In this document: piece by piece, positions 52,853 through 63,880 of the stretch
How positions within the stretch are numbered: the stretch's first letter is position 1
Layout: the number at the start of each line of letters is the position of its first letter
Origin: Tolypothrix carrinoi HA7290-LM1
GTDB taxonomy: Bacteria; Cyanobacteriota; Cyanobacteriia; Cyanobacteriales; Nostocaceae
Length of the DNA stretch: 64,000 bases
Assembly: GCA_019358935.1 (NCBI GenBank)
Contig: JAHHIK010000012.1
Location: forward strand, 40,283-104,282
Reading direction: 5' to 3'
Position numbers and translations under genes: made by a program
The notes under the pieces: generated by a model
What the model saw: the letters and a program-made list of their open reading frames with translations, nothing else
What the model was told of the DNA's origin: nothing
Databases searched by the model: none

Positions 52853-55800
52853 TTAAAACCGCTTTTCATACTCCAACACAGCATTAATGCCACATGAGTA
52901 AGTAGCAAAGTTGTCTTCATCGTTACCACTTGCGGCAGAACAATTAGAGTTAGAGAATAAAGGCGCAGAACCACGTAGACGCAAGTTATCATTTATTCGG
53001 TAGTTAACACCTAATTGCAAGGGGTCTTCCGCAGTCAAAATCTTGATACCGGAAAAAGAAATCCTCGGAGTAATATCAATTCCAGCCTCAGCTCCCAATT
53101 CCAGACTGGAAGAATCACTGACTGCTGAAATGGTTGGGAATAAACGGAATTCACTTAAGCCAAATGCATTGCCAATCTGGTTAAAAGTTCCTTGAAGGTT
53201 GAGAGCTGAACCTGCTAGGTTAGCAAGTGCCAGCGTACTGTCCCCACTTCCCAATGTATTGACAAAGCTACCACCAAGCAAAGCCACAATTTCGGTTTCG
53301 CTGCGTGCGGGACTACTTGTCAATTCTAAATTTTGGTTAAGTTGGCTAGCCAAACCTTCAACACGCGCTTCAACTTGAATAGTTCTGATCGGTTCAAAGT
53401 TGGGAATAAGACCATCGCTATCGTTGATTTCCGATGATACTGATGTGGTGGGAACCCGGTTCGGAACCGTATCTAGTACCTTGGCAAATAGCCTGACATT
53501 CAATTCCGGATCGAGTCCTCTCTCTGGGGTAAAAATTGCAGTTTGTTCGTAGCCACGGGCAAGATTAAATTGCGTAGTATACAAATTTACTCCGCCATTT
53601 CGCAAGGTAATAGTTCCATCAGGTAACAAATTACCCAAAGCGCCGTTGATGGTGAGGGTGCCAGTAGCCCCAAAACTGATAAGAGGTGGACGGGTAACTT
53701 TTACGTTTTTGGCTAACTCAATCTCTAGATTATTAAACCTGGTCGTTGTCGTAGCCGCGCCGTTAGTAGGATTGTTTTTGTTCTGTTTGAGGGCTTTGGT
53801 TTGGGGTGGAACGCCTACATTATTAGTTCCCGGGTTAGTGGCATTATTAGATTCTGCTAACAACACTTGACCATTTGTCAACTGTACTTTACCGCCAATT
53901 ATTGGGCTAAGGGCAGCACCAGTAATTGTTACATTGCCACTGACACCACCTTGATACAATCCTTTGAGATTTAACGCCAACTGGTCAAGAGTAACTCTTA
54001 AGGGATTGTTTATTTGTACTTGTCGATTGTTGGAAATAGGAATCTCTCCCGCCGCTGCTACTTTACCCCGGCTATAATTACCCTGGAGATTTTCTACTAA
54101 GATACTGTTAAAGTTAAACAGCACTCTGCCGTTGACATCTGTCAGTTGTCCTGGTAAAGCTTGAGCCGAAAAGACACCATTGTTGATACTAGCAATTCCA
54201 TTCACAACTGGATCTTGTCTTGTCCCGCGCACTGTTAAGTCTATTTCTCCCTGACCATTTTCCAATGCTACCTGGTTAGTGAACAGATTTAATAACGCCA
54301 ATCCTTCATTTTTCACCTTTACATCTAGCTGAATTTCATTGCTATCTGGTGCTGCTGACGCAAAAGGAAACTGGTAGGGAATGCTACCACTGATGTTAAC
54401 TGGTTCTGGACCAGAAACCGTAACTCTACTGCCAAAGTTCAGGCGTCCGTCAGCATAAGCAAAAGTTGCAGCTGCTGATTCTATTGGTTTTTGATTGAGA
54501 GTTCCATCGGTGACTTGCAATTCCCCTCTAGCTTGCGGGTTCTTAATACTGCCTGCTAAAGCTGCTGAAGCGTCCAGATTACCTGTAAAACCAATCGGCA
54601 GTTTGACAAAATTATTCAGTACTCCTATAGGGAAATTACTGACTTGTAATTGACCCGATTGTTCTTCACTGCCAATGACACCTGTAAAAGCGATCAGTCT
54701 GTTTTGAGACTCCAGTCGTAAAGGTAACAATCTCAGAACGCCATTTTCCAAGCTACCTTCGGCAATTACTTTTTCGGCACTATAACAACGATCTATTTCT
54801 AAACATTGATTTTGTTCGTCTTTTGCACCCCAAACAAAGTTTTGACCGTCCAAATCAAAGTTTACAGCAAATCCTTTATTCGTACCTGTTTCCACGGCAA
54901 CTTCACCGTTAAAAGTGCCGGTTAAATCTGCCAATGCTGGCAAAGGAGAAGCATCCCGCTGCTGTTGATCTTGTTGTGCTAGGAGTGCATCAATTTCATT
55001 AAAGCGCAGAAGTTGCGTAAATAAAGACTGATTGGGTAAACCTTGTGGGATGGTGACTAAATCCGCAGCTTTACCATAAGTTGGTGCTTCGGCACCGCGT
55101 TGGAAATCTTGGATTTCAAATAACTGGGCTACAAGCAAGACATCTTGGATATTACCTTGATTGATGTTAACTTTAGCTTGCAGTTGCGGAGTTTTGCCAT
55201 TTTGGTTAAAAGTGCCGCTGAAAGCGTAGCGACTGTTGCCTTTGGCGAATTCGCTATTCTTTAGTGTTGCTATACCGTTGTTGTAGCTGAACTGAGCAGC
55301 AAAGCGATCGCCTTTAATTCTGCCAACTTCTGGTTTATCAATATTAATATTACCCGTTGTCGCAAATGTTCGCTGATTAACCTCTAAATCTGCTGATATC
55401 AATCCAGCGATCGCACCTACACCCAAGCGAATATTCGGTGGCGGATTTAATTTCAATACCTGCAAGGGGAAATCTCTGACTTGCACTGCCAAATTATCTC
55501 CTTGACTGCGACCAATTGCCGATGCTTGCTGCCACTGCACTACAAAAGATTCGGGGCGATTATTTTCATTGAGGTTAAAAGCAATGCGATCGCGTGTCCC
55601 TGCTAGATTCAAATTTAAACCACGCCCCTGCACTGATTCAACTTTGCCACTCAACACCGGCTCAAAAGCTAAATTATTTACCACCAAGTCGCGTAAATTG
55701 AGTTGCCCTTCAACATTTGGCAAAGGCAACTTCCCGGTAATTTGTCCGCTAAAATCAGCCTTTCCTGCCAAGGCTACTGCATTCGGCAGCTTTATAGGCA

Positions 55801-58800
55801 ACTGTTGCAGATTGTAATTTTGTGCTTGTACATTCAGATTTAAATTAGTAATTTCCGGGATACTGCCTTTCGCGTTGACAAATATATCACCACTAACATT
55901 TAAATCTTGAGCCGTAGCTTTGACAATCGTCAGCTTTTGACCATTCCAGGCGATCGCAGCATTCAAAGGTTTCTCAAGTCCAGGAATACCTTGAGATAAC
56001 TGTACATCACCTGCGGCACGCACATCTGATAATTTAGGTGATGCCACTGTTCCCGCCACTTGCAATTCACCGCCCAAATCACCGCGTAACTGCTGATTAA
56101 AGCGGTTTAATTCTACACCCGAAGCCGCTACTAAAGCTTCATAGCGACCATTGGCAAGTTGAATATTAGAAGCTGTAACTGTCCCACCTGCAACATTTAC
56201 CCGCGCTTCACCGGTGGCTTGAATATTTTGCCGTTGGGATGGTTCCAAACTTCCAGCCACATTAAATTGACCGTTTAAATCACCTTGAAACTGCGGTGGT
56301 ACTTTTGCCAAACGCTGCAAAGGCAGATTATCTGCTATAATTTGCGCTTGATAGCGATTATTCGCCAATTGAATATTTGAAGCTGTAACTGTACCCTTAC
56401 CAAAATTCACCCTCGCTTGACCGGTGGCTTGAATATTTTGCCGTTGGGATGGTTCCAAACTTCCTGCCACATTAAATTGACCGTTTAAATCACCTTGAAA
56501 CTGCGGTGGTACTGATGGCAAACGCTGTAAAGGCAGATTATTTGCTTGCACTTGTGCTTGATAGCGACCATTCGCCAATTGGATATTCGAGGCTGTAACT
56601 GTACCCTTACCAAAATTCACCCTTGCCCGACCACTGGCTTGAATAGTTTCTGGTTGAAAGGAAGTAGCGCTGCCTGCTACATTAAATTGACCGTTTAAAT
56701 CACCTTGAAGCTGTGGCGGTACTGATGGCAAACGCTGCAACGACACATTATTTGCTTGGACTTGTGCCTGATACACCCCATTAGCAAGTTGAATATTTGA
56801 TGCCGTGACTGTGCCATTTCCCACATTCACCCGTGCTTGACCAGTTGCTTGGATAGTTTCTGGTGTAATTGATTCGGCGCTTCCCGCCACCTGAAACTGA
56901 CCGTTTAGCCTTCCGCGAAAATCCTTAGCGGCTGGTGATAATTCTTGCACTGCAACATCATTTGCCCGGACTTGTGCTTGATACACGCCATCAGCCAGTC
57001 GGATATTTGCAGCCGTGACGGTACCGCCAGCAACGCCCAAACGCGCTTCGCCTGTAGCTTGGAGAGTTTTCAGGCTAAAATTTTCTCTATTGCCTGCAAT
57101 TTGGAATTTACCCGCCAAAGGTGCTTGTAAAATAGGCGGAGTCTTTTTCAATACTCGTCCCAGTCGCACACCTGATGCGATTAATTGGGCGGAAACGTTT
57201 TGGTCTTGCAGCTTGATGTTAGAAATTGCAACAGTACCGCCACCAATTTGAACTCGTCCGTTATCCGAGTCAATTTTGGCAATTTGAAACGGACCGGTAG
57301 TGCCGGATAATGTGAAACGACCGTTTAATTCTGCCCCAGCCAAAGAGACATTTTGCAGTTGTTGTTTGTTTATAAACGGTTCTAACTGTAAGCCTTGAGT
57401 TTGGGCTACAGCTTGCCAGCGTTGATTGGCAAAACTGCCAGATGCCTGTACTGTACCGCCAGGGAGACTAGCAACCACATTGCGGAAAGAGATGCTTTTA
57501 TCTGGAGCGATCGCTATTTCACCACTTGTCGGGTAGGTAGCCTGTGGTGCTTGAAAGTCTACCACAGTTTGCACATTACCACCACCGCCACTTAAATTAG
57601 CATTACCAGAAACAGTGCCGATTTGCACATTAGACGTATTGACATCGTAAACTTTTGCCAATACATCTCCAGGTAGATTTTTGGCGCGGAAATTGACATT
57701 TATTTGGGGAACTTTACCTAAAGCGATCGTTCCACCACCAGTGACATCGCCGCCTAATTTTACCTTACCTTGAATATCTTTCAGGGTAATTAGGGAAGCA
57801 GCAGTCGAAAAATCAAATTTACTGCTGAAGCTATCTAAATCAACTTTGTCAATTTTGGCAGGTTTGGTGCTGACAACTGTACCTGAGAGAAATGGCTGTG
57901 AGATTCCTCCGCCTATCTGCAAGTCGGTTTTGACTTCTCCAGTTACAGCTAAAGGCGATTTTACCTTGAGAGTTTCCAAAGCATTAGCTACACTTACCGG
58001 CTGCGATCGCGCTGTCAACTTAAAGCCAGTTTTTGTATCGATGATGCCATTAGCTACCACTGGAATTTTACCGTAGCTAGTCGCCACATTATCAACCTTG
58101 ATTTGCGTACCTTGGAAATTGAGATTTCCTTGGGAATTGATAAATGGTTGTGGCACTTTGGGAATCTGAAATCGCACTGCTTGTAAACTAGCGCTTCCTT
58201 GTAGTAAAGGTTGTTTTTTCCCGTTTAATTCAACTTGTAAATTTCCATTAGTTCGCCCCGCCTCTAATATCAGTGGTAATTTAATCAAACTAGTGATATC
58301 AGAAGCAAGAAAATCTTGCGCTTGAACTCGTAATTTAGCTTCTCCTATCCCTCCTCCCTCTACACGCACATCTCCCCCAAGGGCAATTGTACCCCCAGTA
58401 CCCGGCAGCCCTTGCAAGTCAAACCTAATCAGTTTGTTATTTTCCAGAAATTGAGCCGAACCGTTAAGCTGTGAAAACGCCACAGTTGCAGGAGTGGGAG
58501 AGGGGGGGAGGGGGAGAGGGGGGGATGAGGGAGATGAGGAAGATAAGGGAGAAATTTGTCCTCCTTGTCCCCCTAGTCCCCCTTGTCCTCCTTGTCCTCC
58601 TTGTCCCCCTAGTCCCCCTTGTCCTCCTTGTCCTCCTTGTCCCCCTAGTCCCCCTAGTCCCCCTGTCTCTCGATACGGTACTAAAACCAATTGGGCGTTA
58701 CTAAACCGAATTTTGTCCAAATCAGTCTTAATAGCGCCGCTTTTACCTGGCGGTGCGATGCTTGTAGTAATCCAGCGCCCTTGTTGATCCTGTTCTATAT

Positions 58801-59194
58801 AAAGATCCGGATTGACTAAAGTGACATCTAGCTTTAATCTACGCTTTGTGAGTAACTGTAATATATCAAAACCTACATCCACGCCACCAATTGCCACTCG
58901 GTCAGGGTCTGTAGGTGTTGCTGGAATTGCTGAAGATCCAAAGCTTACTTTAGTAAGAGAAAATCCTTTAACTTTCCCCAGTTTTACAGGACGGTTAAGT
59001 GAAGTTGTAAGATTTTGTTCTGCCAGCGGTGCTAACTCTTTTTGGACAAAAATCGACAATCTCCAAGCACCGCCGATAAGTCCAAGCAATAAAAGTCCGC
59101 CTAAGGCAATACCACCGCGACTTAGCACTAGAAACCAAAAACGCTTATTAGCACGGGCATTAAAGTTAGGATCTTGATGGGGAGAGTTAGCCAT
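52853..59194 (-). CDS. tamB: Translocation/assembly module TamB (AsmA-like) protein
   Basis: N-terminal TM anchor, long beta-rich body, C-terminal LDPELNV..L.LTSSP.RSETEIVALLGG..EYEKRF. Confidence 0.88.
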   Translation of the reverse strand: MANSPHQDPNFNARANKRFWFLVLSRGGIALGGLLLLGLIGGAWRLSIFVQKELAPLAEQNLTTSLNRPVKLGKVKGFSLTKVSFGSSAIPATPTDPDRVAIGGVDVGFDILQLLTKRRLKLDVTLVNPDLYIEQDQQGRWITTSIAPPGKSGAIKTDLDKIRFSNAQLVLVPYRETGGLGGLGGQGGQGGQGGLGGQGGQGGQGGLGGQGGQISPLSSSSPSSPPLPLPPSPTPATVAFSQLNGSAQFLENNKLIRFDLQGLPGTGGTIALGGDVRVEGGGIGEAKLRVQAQDFLASDITSLIKLPLILEAGRTNGNLQVELNGKKQPLLQGSASLQAVRFQIPKVPQPFINSQGNLNFQGTQIKVDNVATSYGKIPVVANGIIDTKTGFKLTARSQPVSVANALETLKVKSPLAVTGEVKTDLQIGGGISQPFLSGTVVSTKPAKIDKVDLDSFSSKFDFSTAASLITLKDIQGKVKLGGDVTGGGTIALGKVPQINVNFRAKNLPGDVLAKVYDVNTSNVQIGTVSGNANLSGGGGNVQTVVDFQAPQATYPTSGEIAIAPDKSISFRNVVASLPGGTVQASGSFANQRWQAVAQTQGLQLEPFINKQQLQNVSLAGAELNGRFTLSGTTGPFQIAKIDSDNGRVQIGGGTVAISNIKLQDQNVSAQLIASGVRLGRVLKKTPPILQAPLAGKFQIAGNRENFSLKTLQATGEARLGVAGGTVTAANIRLADGVYQAQVRANDVAVQELSPAAKDFRGRLNGQFQVAGSAESITPETIQATGQARVNVGNGTVTASNIQLANGVYQAQVQANNVSLQRLPSVPPQLQGDLNGQFNVAGSATSFQPETIQASGRARVNFGKGTVTASNIQLANGRYQAQVQANNLPLQRLPSVPPQFQGDLNGQFNVAGSLEPSQRQNIQATGQARVNFGKGTVTASNIQLANNRYQAQIIADNLPLQRLAKVPPQFQGDLNGQFNVAGSLEPSQRQNIQATGEARVNVAGGTVTASNIQLANGRYEALVAASGVELNRFNQQLRGDLGGELQVAGTVASPKLSDVRAAGDVQLSQGIPGLEKPLNAAIAWNGQKLTIVKATAQDLNVSGDIFVNAKGSIPEITNLNLNVQAQNYNLQQLPIKLPNAVALAGKADFSGQITGKLPLPNVEGQLNLRDLVVNNLAFEPVLSGKVESVQGRGLNLNLAGTRDRIAFNLNENNRPESFVVQWQQASAIGRSQGDNLAVQVRDFPLQVLKLNPPPNIRLGVGAIAGLISADLEVNQRTFATTGNINIDKPEVGRIKGDRFAAQFSYNNGIATLKNSEFAKGNSRYAFSGTFNQNGKTPQLQAKVNINQGNIQDVLLVAQLFEIQDFQRGAEAPTYGKAADLVTIPQGLPNQSLFTQLLRFNEIDALLAQQDQQQRDASPLPALADLTGTFNGEVAVETGTNKGFAVNFDLDGQNFVWGAKDEQNQCLEIDRCYSAEKVIAEGSLENGVLRLLPLRLESQNRLIAFTGVIGSEEQSGQLQVSNFPIGVLNNFVKLPIGFTGNLDASAALAGSIKNPQARGELQVTDGTLNQKPIESAAATFAYADGRLNFGSRVTVSGPEPVNISGSIPYQFPFASAAPDSNEIQLDVKVKNEGLALLNLFTNQVALENGQGEIDLTVRGTRQDPVVNGIASINNGVFSAQALPGQLTDVNGRVLFNFNSILVENLQGNYSRGKVAAAGEIPISNNRQVQINNPLRVTLDQLALNLKGLYQGGVSGNVTITGAALSPIIGGKVQLTNGQVLLAESNNATNPGTNNVGVPPQTKALKQNKNNPTNGAATTTTRFNNLEIELAKNVKVTRPPLISFGATGTLTINGALGNLLPDGTITLRNGGVNLYTTQFNLARGYEQTAIFTPERGLDPELNVRLFAKVLDTVPNRVPTTSVSSEINDSDGLIPNFEPIRTIQVEARVEGLASQLNQNLELTSSPARSETEIVALLGGSFVNTLGSGDSTLALANLAGSALNLQGTFNQIGNAFGLSEFRLFPTISAVSDSSSLELGAEAGIDITPRISFSGIKILTAEDPLQLGVNYRINDNLRLRGSAPLFSNSNCSAASGNDEDNFATYSCGINAVLEYEKRF

Positions 59195-59399
59195 TTGGTT
59201 TTACTATTTACTGCCAGATGTAGCTGGTACACAGAAGAAAGCTAACGGACACAGCATTGGACATGTCATTACCAGGATACGCCAAGTCAAGCAGTGATAC
59301 AGGATAGATTAAGAGGGCGTATAAACTAGAATTAATGAGAAATAACGTTTAATAGCTTGATGTATGGCGATATTCGGACTGTCAAGAAAATCTTAATAA

Positions 59400-59797
59400 T
59401 TTGGGAATTGGGAATTAGGTAATGGGTAATTGGTAATGGGTAATGGGTAATGGTGAGTCCAGCGCTGCGGGAGGGTTTCCCTCGTGCCGGCTCTGGCTCT
59501 CCCGTTGGGGTAATGGGCTTTTTTAAGAGGGGAAAAGGGGAAAGGGGAGGCAGTGCGTTGCGGAGCCAGCGCCGTGGGCGGGTTTCCCGCGCCACATGCT
59601 TCAAGTCGGCAGAGCCGCCCAACGCAGTGGCTTGACTTGAGGCGACTGGCGTGGGGTTCCCCCTGTTGTAGCACCTGCCGTGAAAGGGGAAAGGGTAAGA
59701 AATCCCCCTGCCCCCCCTGCCTCCCCTGCCCCCCCTGCCTCCCCTGCCCCCCCTGCCCCCTTGTCCCCTTGTCCCCTTTCCCCTTTCCCCTTTCCCT
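59400..59797. repeat. STRR tracts with several nested 45-nt modules
   Basis: GGGTAAT and CCCCCTGCC units; modules at about 59453-59509 and 59547-59681. Confidence 0.85.
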
Positions 59798-59856
59798 GCG
59801 GTATGGGGTATTTATCGCGCCATAATTTAATGAAGAGATTGAAGATAAAAGGACTG

Positions 59857-60282
59857 ATGATTACACCCATGCGTGTTTTTGTGTTAATTTTTAATGCGCG
59901 AACAGAAAATGAGGGAATTCACTCAATTCGGGTAGGCGATCGCAATAAAATTCTCATGTTCGAGTCAGAAGACGACGCTACCCGCTATGCTTTGTTGCTA
60001 GAAGCTCAGGATTTCCCTTCACCCACAGTAGAAGCGGTAGATGCCGAGGAAATCAAAGAATTTTGTGAAAGTGCTAATTATGATTGGGAAATCGTCCCGG
60101 AAAACGGCGAATTAGCCATTCCCCCAGAAATAAACGTACCAGAAACCGACTGGCAACCAAATGCCCCGGAACAGAACAATGATGAAGAATCCCAGCGTCG
60201 CAACCAAGAACAAGAAGAACAACCAGAGTTTTCTGATTCCGAAATCGACAGGATTCGTCGAAAATTAGAAGGATTGTTGTAA
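59857..60282 (+). CDS. DUF3110 family protein
   Basis: VFVLIFNA..ENEGIH..LMFESEDDATRYA.LLEAQDFP..RRKLEGLL. Confidence 0.85.
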   Translation: MITPMRVFVLIFNARTENEGIHSIRVGDRNKILMFESEDDATRYALLLEAQDFPSPTVEAVDAEEIKEFCESANYDWEIVPENGELAIPPEINVPETDWQPNAPEQNNDEESQRRNQEQEEQPEFSDSEIDRIRRKLEGLL

Positions 60283-60369
60283 TTAGTCATTAGTCAATAT
60301 CTAGATGACAATCATACAACTGACAGTTAATAGTTAAAGGATAATTAACAGATGTAACGGATGTAGACA

Positions 60370-61299
60370 ATGCAAAATTTGCAGGAGCGCGGGCATCTTT
60401 TAACTGAGCAGGTAAATCCTAATAGTCTAAACTTAGACCAGCTCAGTTGTTTGGAATTCGTAGAACTGTTTAACAGCGAAGACCAAAAAGCTGTAGCTGC
60501 GGTTGAGAAAGCTAAAAATCAGCTAGCCGAAACGATTGAACGCGCCGCAGAACGTTTGCTTCGCGGAGGACGCCTGTTTTATGTCGGTGCGGGGACGAGT
60601 GGTAGATTAGGAGTTTTAGACGCCGCCGAGTGTCCCCCAACTTTTTGTACACCTCCAGAGTTAGTACAGGGGATAATTGCTGGTGGTGCAGGGGCACTAG
60701 TACGCAGTTCCGAAGATTTAGAAGACCGATCGCAAGATGGAGAAGCAGCGATCGCTCAACGACAAATTACACAACTAGATGTAGTCATCGGGATTACCGC
60801 CGGCGGTACAACGCCTTTTGTTCATGGTGCGCTTTCCGCCGCTCGTCAGCGCGGCGCCACTACTATTTTTATGGCTTGTGTCCCAGAGGAGCAAGTTAAG
60901 ATTAATGTCGATGTTGACATTCGCCTCTTAACAGGACCAGAGGTGCTAGCTGGTTCAACTCGCTTAAAAGCAGCAACAGCAACAAAGCTAGCTTTAAACA
61001 TCATTTCTACAGGAGTGATGGTCAAGCTGGGCAAGGTTTACGGCAATCGCATGGTTGATGTAGCAGTGACAAATCAAAAGTTACGCGATCGCGCTTTGCG
61101 AATTTTGTCAGACCTTACAGGCTTAAGCCGTGAAGCCGCTAATTTGTTACTAGAACGCAGTGGCAAGTGGGTAAAATTAGCACTATTAATGCATTGGACT
61201 GGTTTGGAAAAAGAGGAGGGCGATAGACTCTTGTCAGAACATCAAAGTAATCTCAGAGCAGCCATTGAAGCAACAAAGAAAAACGGAGAAATCTCTTAA
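60370..61299 (+). CDS. murQ: N-acetylmuramic acid 6-phosphate etherase
   Basis: LLTEQ.N, GAGTSGRLGVLDAAECPPTF, GPEVLAGSTRLKA, GNRMVDV. Confidence 0.97.
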   Translation: MQNLQERGHLLTEQVNPNSLNLDQLSCLEFVELFNSEDQKAVAAVEKAKNQLAETIERAAERLLRGGRLFYVGAGTSGRLGVLDAAECPPTFCTPPELVQGIIAGGAGALVRSSEDLEDRSQDGEAAIAQRQITQLDVVIGITAGGTTPFVHGALSAARQRGATTIFMACVPEEQVKINVDVDIRLLTGPEVLAGSTRLKAATATKLALNIISTGVMVKLGKVYGNRMVDVAVTNQKLRDRALRILSDLTGLSREAANLLLERSGKWVKLALLMHWTGLEKEEGDRLLSEHQSNLRAAIEATKKNGEIS

Positions 61300-61329
61300 A
61301 ACCACAAATTATTAGCTAATAGCTAATAA

Positions 61330-61519
61330 CCCAACGGGAGAGCCAGTCGCTCATGGGGAGCCAGTGCCGTGGTGAGGCAGCGCGGTCTTGGGGGTTCCCC
61401 CCATGAGCGACTGCCGAAAGGGTTTCCCGACTTGAGGCATCTGGCGTGGAAACCACGCCACTCTCCTCAACGCGGGGAACCCGCGCACGGAGGTGGCTCC
61501 CCAAGACCGCGCTGGCTCA
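61330..61519. repeat. Nested composite of four ~45-nt hairpin modules
   Basis: Outer GCCAGTCGCTCATGGG..GGAAACC..CCCAAGACCGCGCTGGCTC interrupted twice. Confidence 0.85.
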
Positions 61520-61770
61520 CTTTTTTTCCTCTTCTATATCAAGATGCTCTTAATTAGCCCACCTACGTGGGCTTTGTTCGTAGAGCCAGCGGCTTCTAGC
61601 CTGCGGGTGAATATGATATTACGTAATTTTACTTAAACAAATATGAAGCCAAGAATTAGTTGTAAGTAAAACTGCCGTTGGCATTTATGAATTACCTCAG
61701 GATAATCATAAGTGCTAATCTCCCAGAAAGAACAATCAGACGAACGTTGTTTATCTTTTACTAAAGTTTT

Positions 61771-62325
61771 ATGGAAATCATGCGCTTGGTTGTGACTGGT
61801 CATGTCGGGGCTGGCAAGTCAACTTTCATTCGTTCTATTAGTGAAATTGAAGTTGTAGATACAGATTGTCAAGCAACAGACCAAACAGCATTACTTAAGG
61901 AAAAAACTACCGTTGCCTTTGACTTTGGCAAACTGCAATTTTCTCCTGATATGGTGCTGCATCTTTACGGTACACCAGGTCACGAGCGATTTAATTTCTT
62001 GTGGAAAATATTAATTAACAAGGCGCACGCTTACATCTTGTTAGTATCAGCTAATCGACCAGAGGAATTTAGCTACGTTCGTCGAATTGCTGACTACATG
62101 AATAAAACGGTACAAATTCCCATGATTATTGGTTTAACTCATGTAGATTGTCCAGGAGCTTGGTCCCAAGAAAATATAGCGATCGCTCTCGGTTATGCTT
62201 CAAAGCAAACCCGACCACCAATTGTCACTGTCAACCCAAATCAAACTGCCTCCGTAGCTCAAGCAATAATAGCTTTAGTACAACACTATACGCAAAGTTC
62301 TTTACCTCAAGAAGTCACCGTTTAA
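61771..62325 (+). CDS. Small Ras-like GTPase (MglA/ATP_bind_1-like)
   Basis: VVTGHVGAGKST, TTVAFDFG, LYGTPGHERF.F.W. Confidence 0.88.
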   Translation: MEIMRLVVTGHVGAGKSTFIRSISEIEVVDTDCQATDQTALLKEKTTVAFDFGKLQFSPDMVLHLYGTPGHERFNFLWKILINKAHAYILLVSANRPEEFSYVRRIADYMNKTVQIPMIIGLTHVDCPGAWSQENIAIALGYASKQTRPPIVTVNPNQTASVAQAIIALVQHYTQSSLPQEVTV

Positions 62326-63123
62326 TCAATATTCGGAAAGTTTTGTCTGGGATTTTTCAATTATTTGCTTTTTTGAGATTTTTGGCTATTGATACTGTTA
62401 AATAACAACAGAGTTTTAGCCAAACTAAATCAATAAATAGATATCAAATTCTTGAAGTTAATATCGGAATTTTTCCAGCTGACCCAGTTAATACAACGTT
62501 GGGCTTATGCCTTTACTCGCAAAAACTGTTGCAAACTGAACAACTTAGCTTGTCTTTTTTGCAAAATTTACTTATTTTTATACAGAATCAAGTAGTTTAT
62601 TAAGTGCGATCGCTCAGATATAACCGCACTTATCAAAATATTATTTACTATTTTCCACTCTTCATTTATAAACTTATATATAACAAACCATAACTCATCT
62701 TCACTCTTAACAGAATAATACAATATATCTAAAATTTTTAAATTAACTTAAAAATAAAAATCAGGATTTACACGGATTTGGTTCAGTTGGCAAAATCGTA
62801 ATATGATACATGACTGTATAGTGCATCTTTATCTTGAAATGAGCGCAAACCCACGTTTATTAGTAAAATGTTGGCACCCGATGTAGCGTATGAGTGAAAG
62901 TAAATTTTGCCGCCTTATTACTTCTCTCAAAGCACAGTTAATGCTGCCTCTATTTCCCCCCGATATTCTCAATCTATACTTAGGAACGCTCTATATCATT
63001 ACAATACAGAATAAATGGCTACTATCCGGATTAATTTGTTAGTATCCAGTGTATGAATGAAAAGATGCTATATAGCTAATTATGGTTTTTGAAGGGCTGA
63101 CTTGTTAATCAAAGGAATAAAGC

Positions 63124-63880
63124 ATGAGTCATCCGGAATTGATAGTACCGAATAACTTACTTGATGAATTTAAAAGTTGTACTCAACTACAATACAGTGG
63201 CAAATTAAATATTAAAAGTTCCAAGGGATATAAATGGGCTTTTTACTATCGGCTAGGACGGATAGTTTGGGCAACAGGGGGGACTCATCCGTTTCGCCGT
63301 TGGCGTAGACATATGGCTCAACATTGTCCGGAAATTGATGTAGAGAAAATGCGGTTGCGCGTTGAGGATATATCAATTGACTATTGGGGTTATCGCCTTT
63401 TGGAAGTCTTGCATGAAAAACAGAAAATCAAACGTGACCAAATTAACGCTATCGTAGAAAATACAGTCACAGAATTATTATTTGACCTTGCTCAACAGGC
63501 AAATTTTGCCTCTGTTAGTTGCGATCGCAACCAAGAAGTTATCTTGGAAGCACCAATGAGCTTCACAAATGCAGACATGTCTCTGAAGCTGATGCAAGAC
63601 ACATGGAAAAATTGGTCTGAAGCTGGTTTAGCGAGTTTTTCTCCTGATTTAGCACCAATTTTGCGAAGACCAGAGCAACTCCAGCAACAGGTTAGCTTAT
63701 CTGTCTACAAAAACTTTGTGACTTTAATCAACGGCAAATATACTCTGCGAGATTTAGCAGTCAAAATGAAGCAGAGTGTACTCCCAGTCGCCCGTTCTTT
63801 ACTTCCCTATATACTAAAAGGACTCATTGAACTGGTAGAAGCGCCTGATTTACCCTTACCAGTCACCGAGGTTAAAAATC
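63124..63880 (+). pseudogene. PatA-type (PATAN/DUF4388) response regulator interrupted by an IS1-family element before its receiver domain
   Basis: YRLGRIVWATGG.HP.RRWRR..E.LFD..SPDLAP..TLRDLA; reading frame runs into the IS end at 63881 and stops at 63903. Confidence 0.8.

Noticed and set aside
63025..63030. TCCGGA as a heterocyst DIF1 promoter motif
   Set aside because: A single hexamer with no convincingly spaced -10; expected by chance
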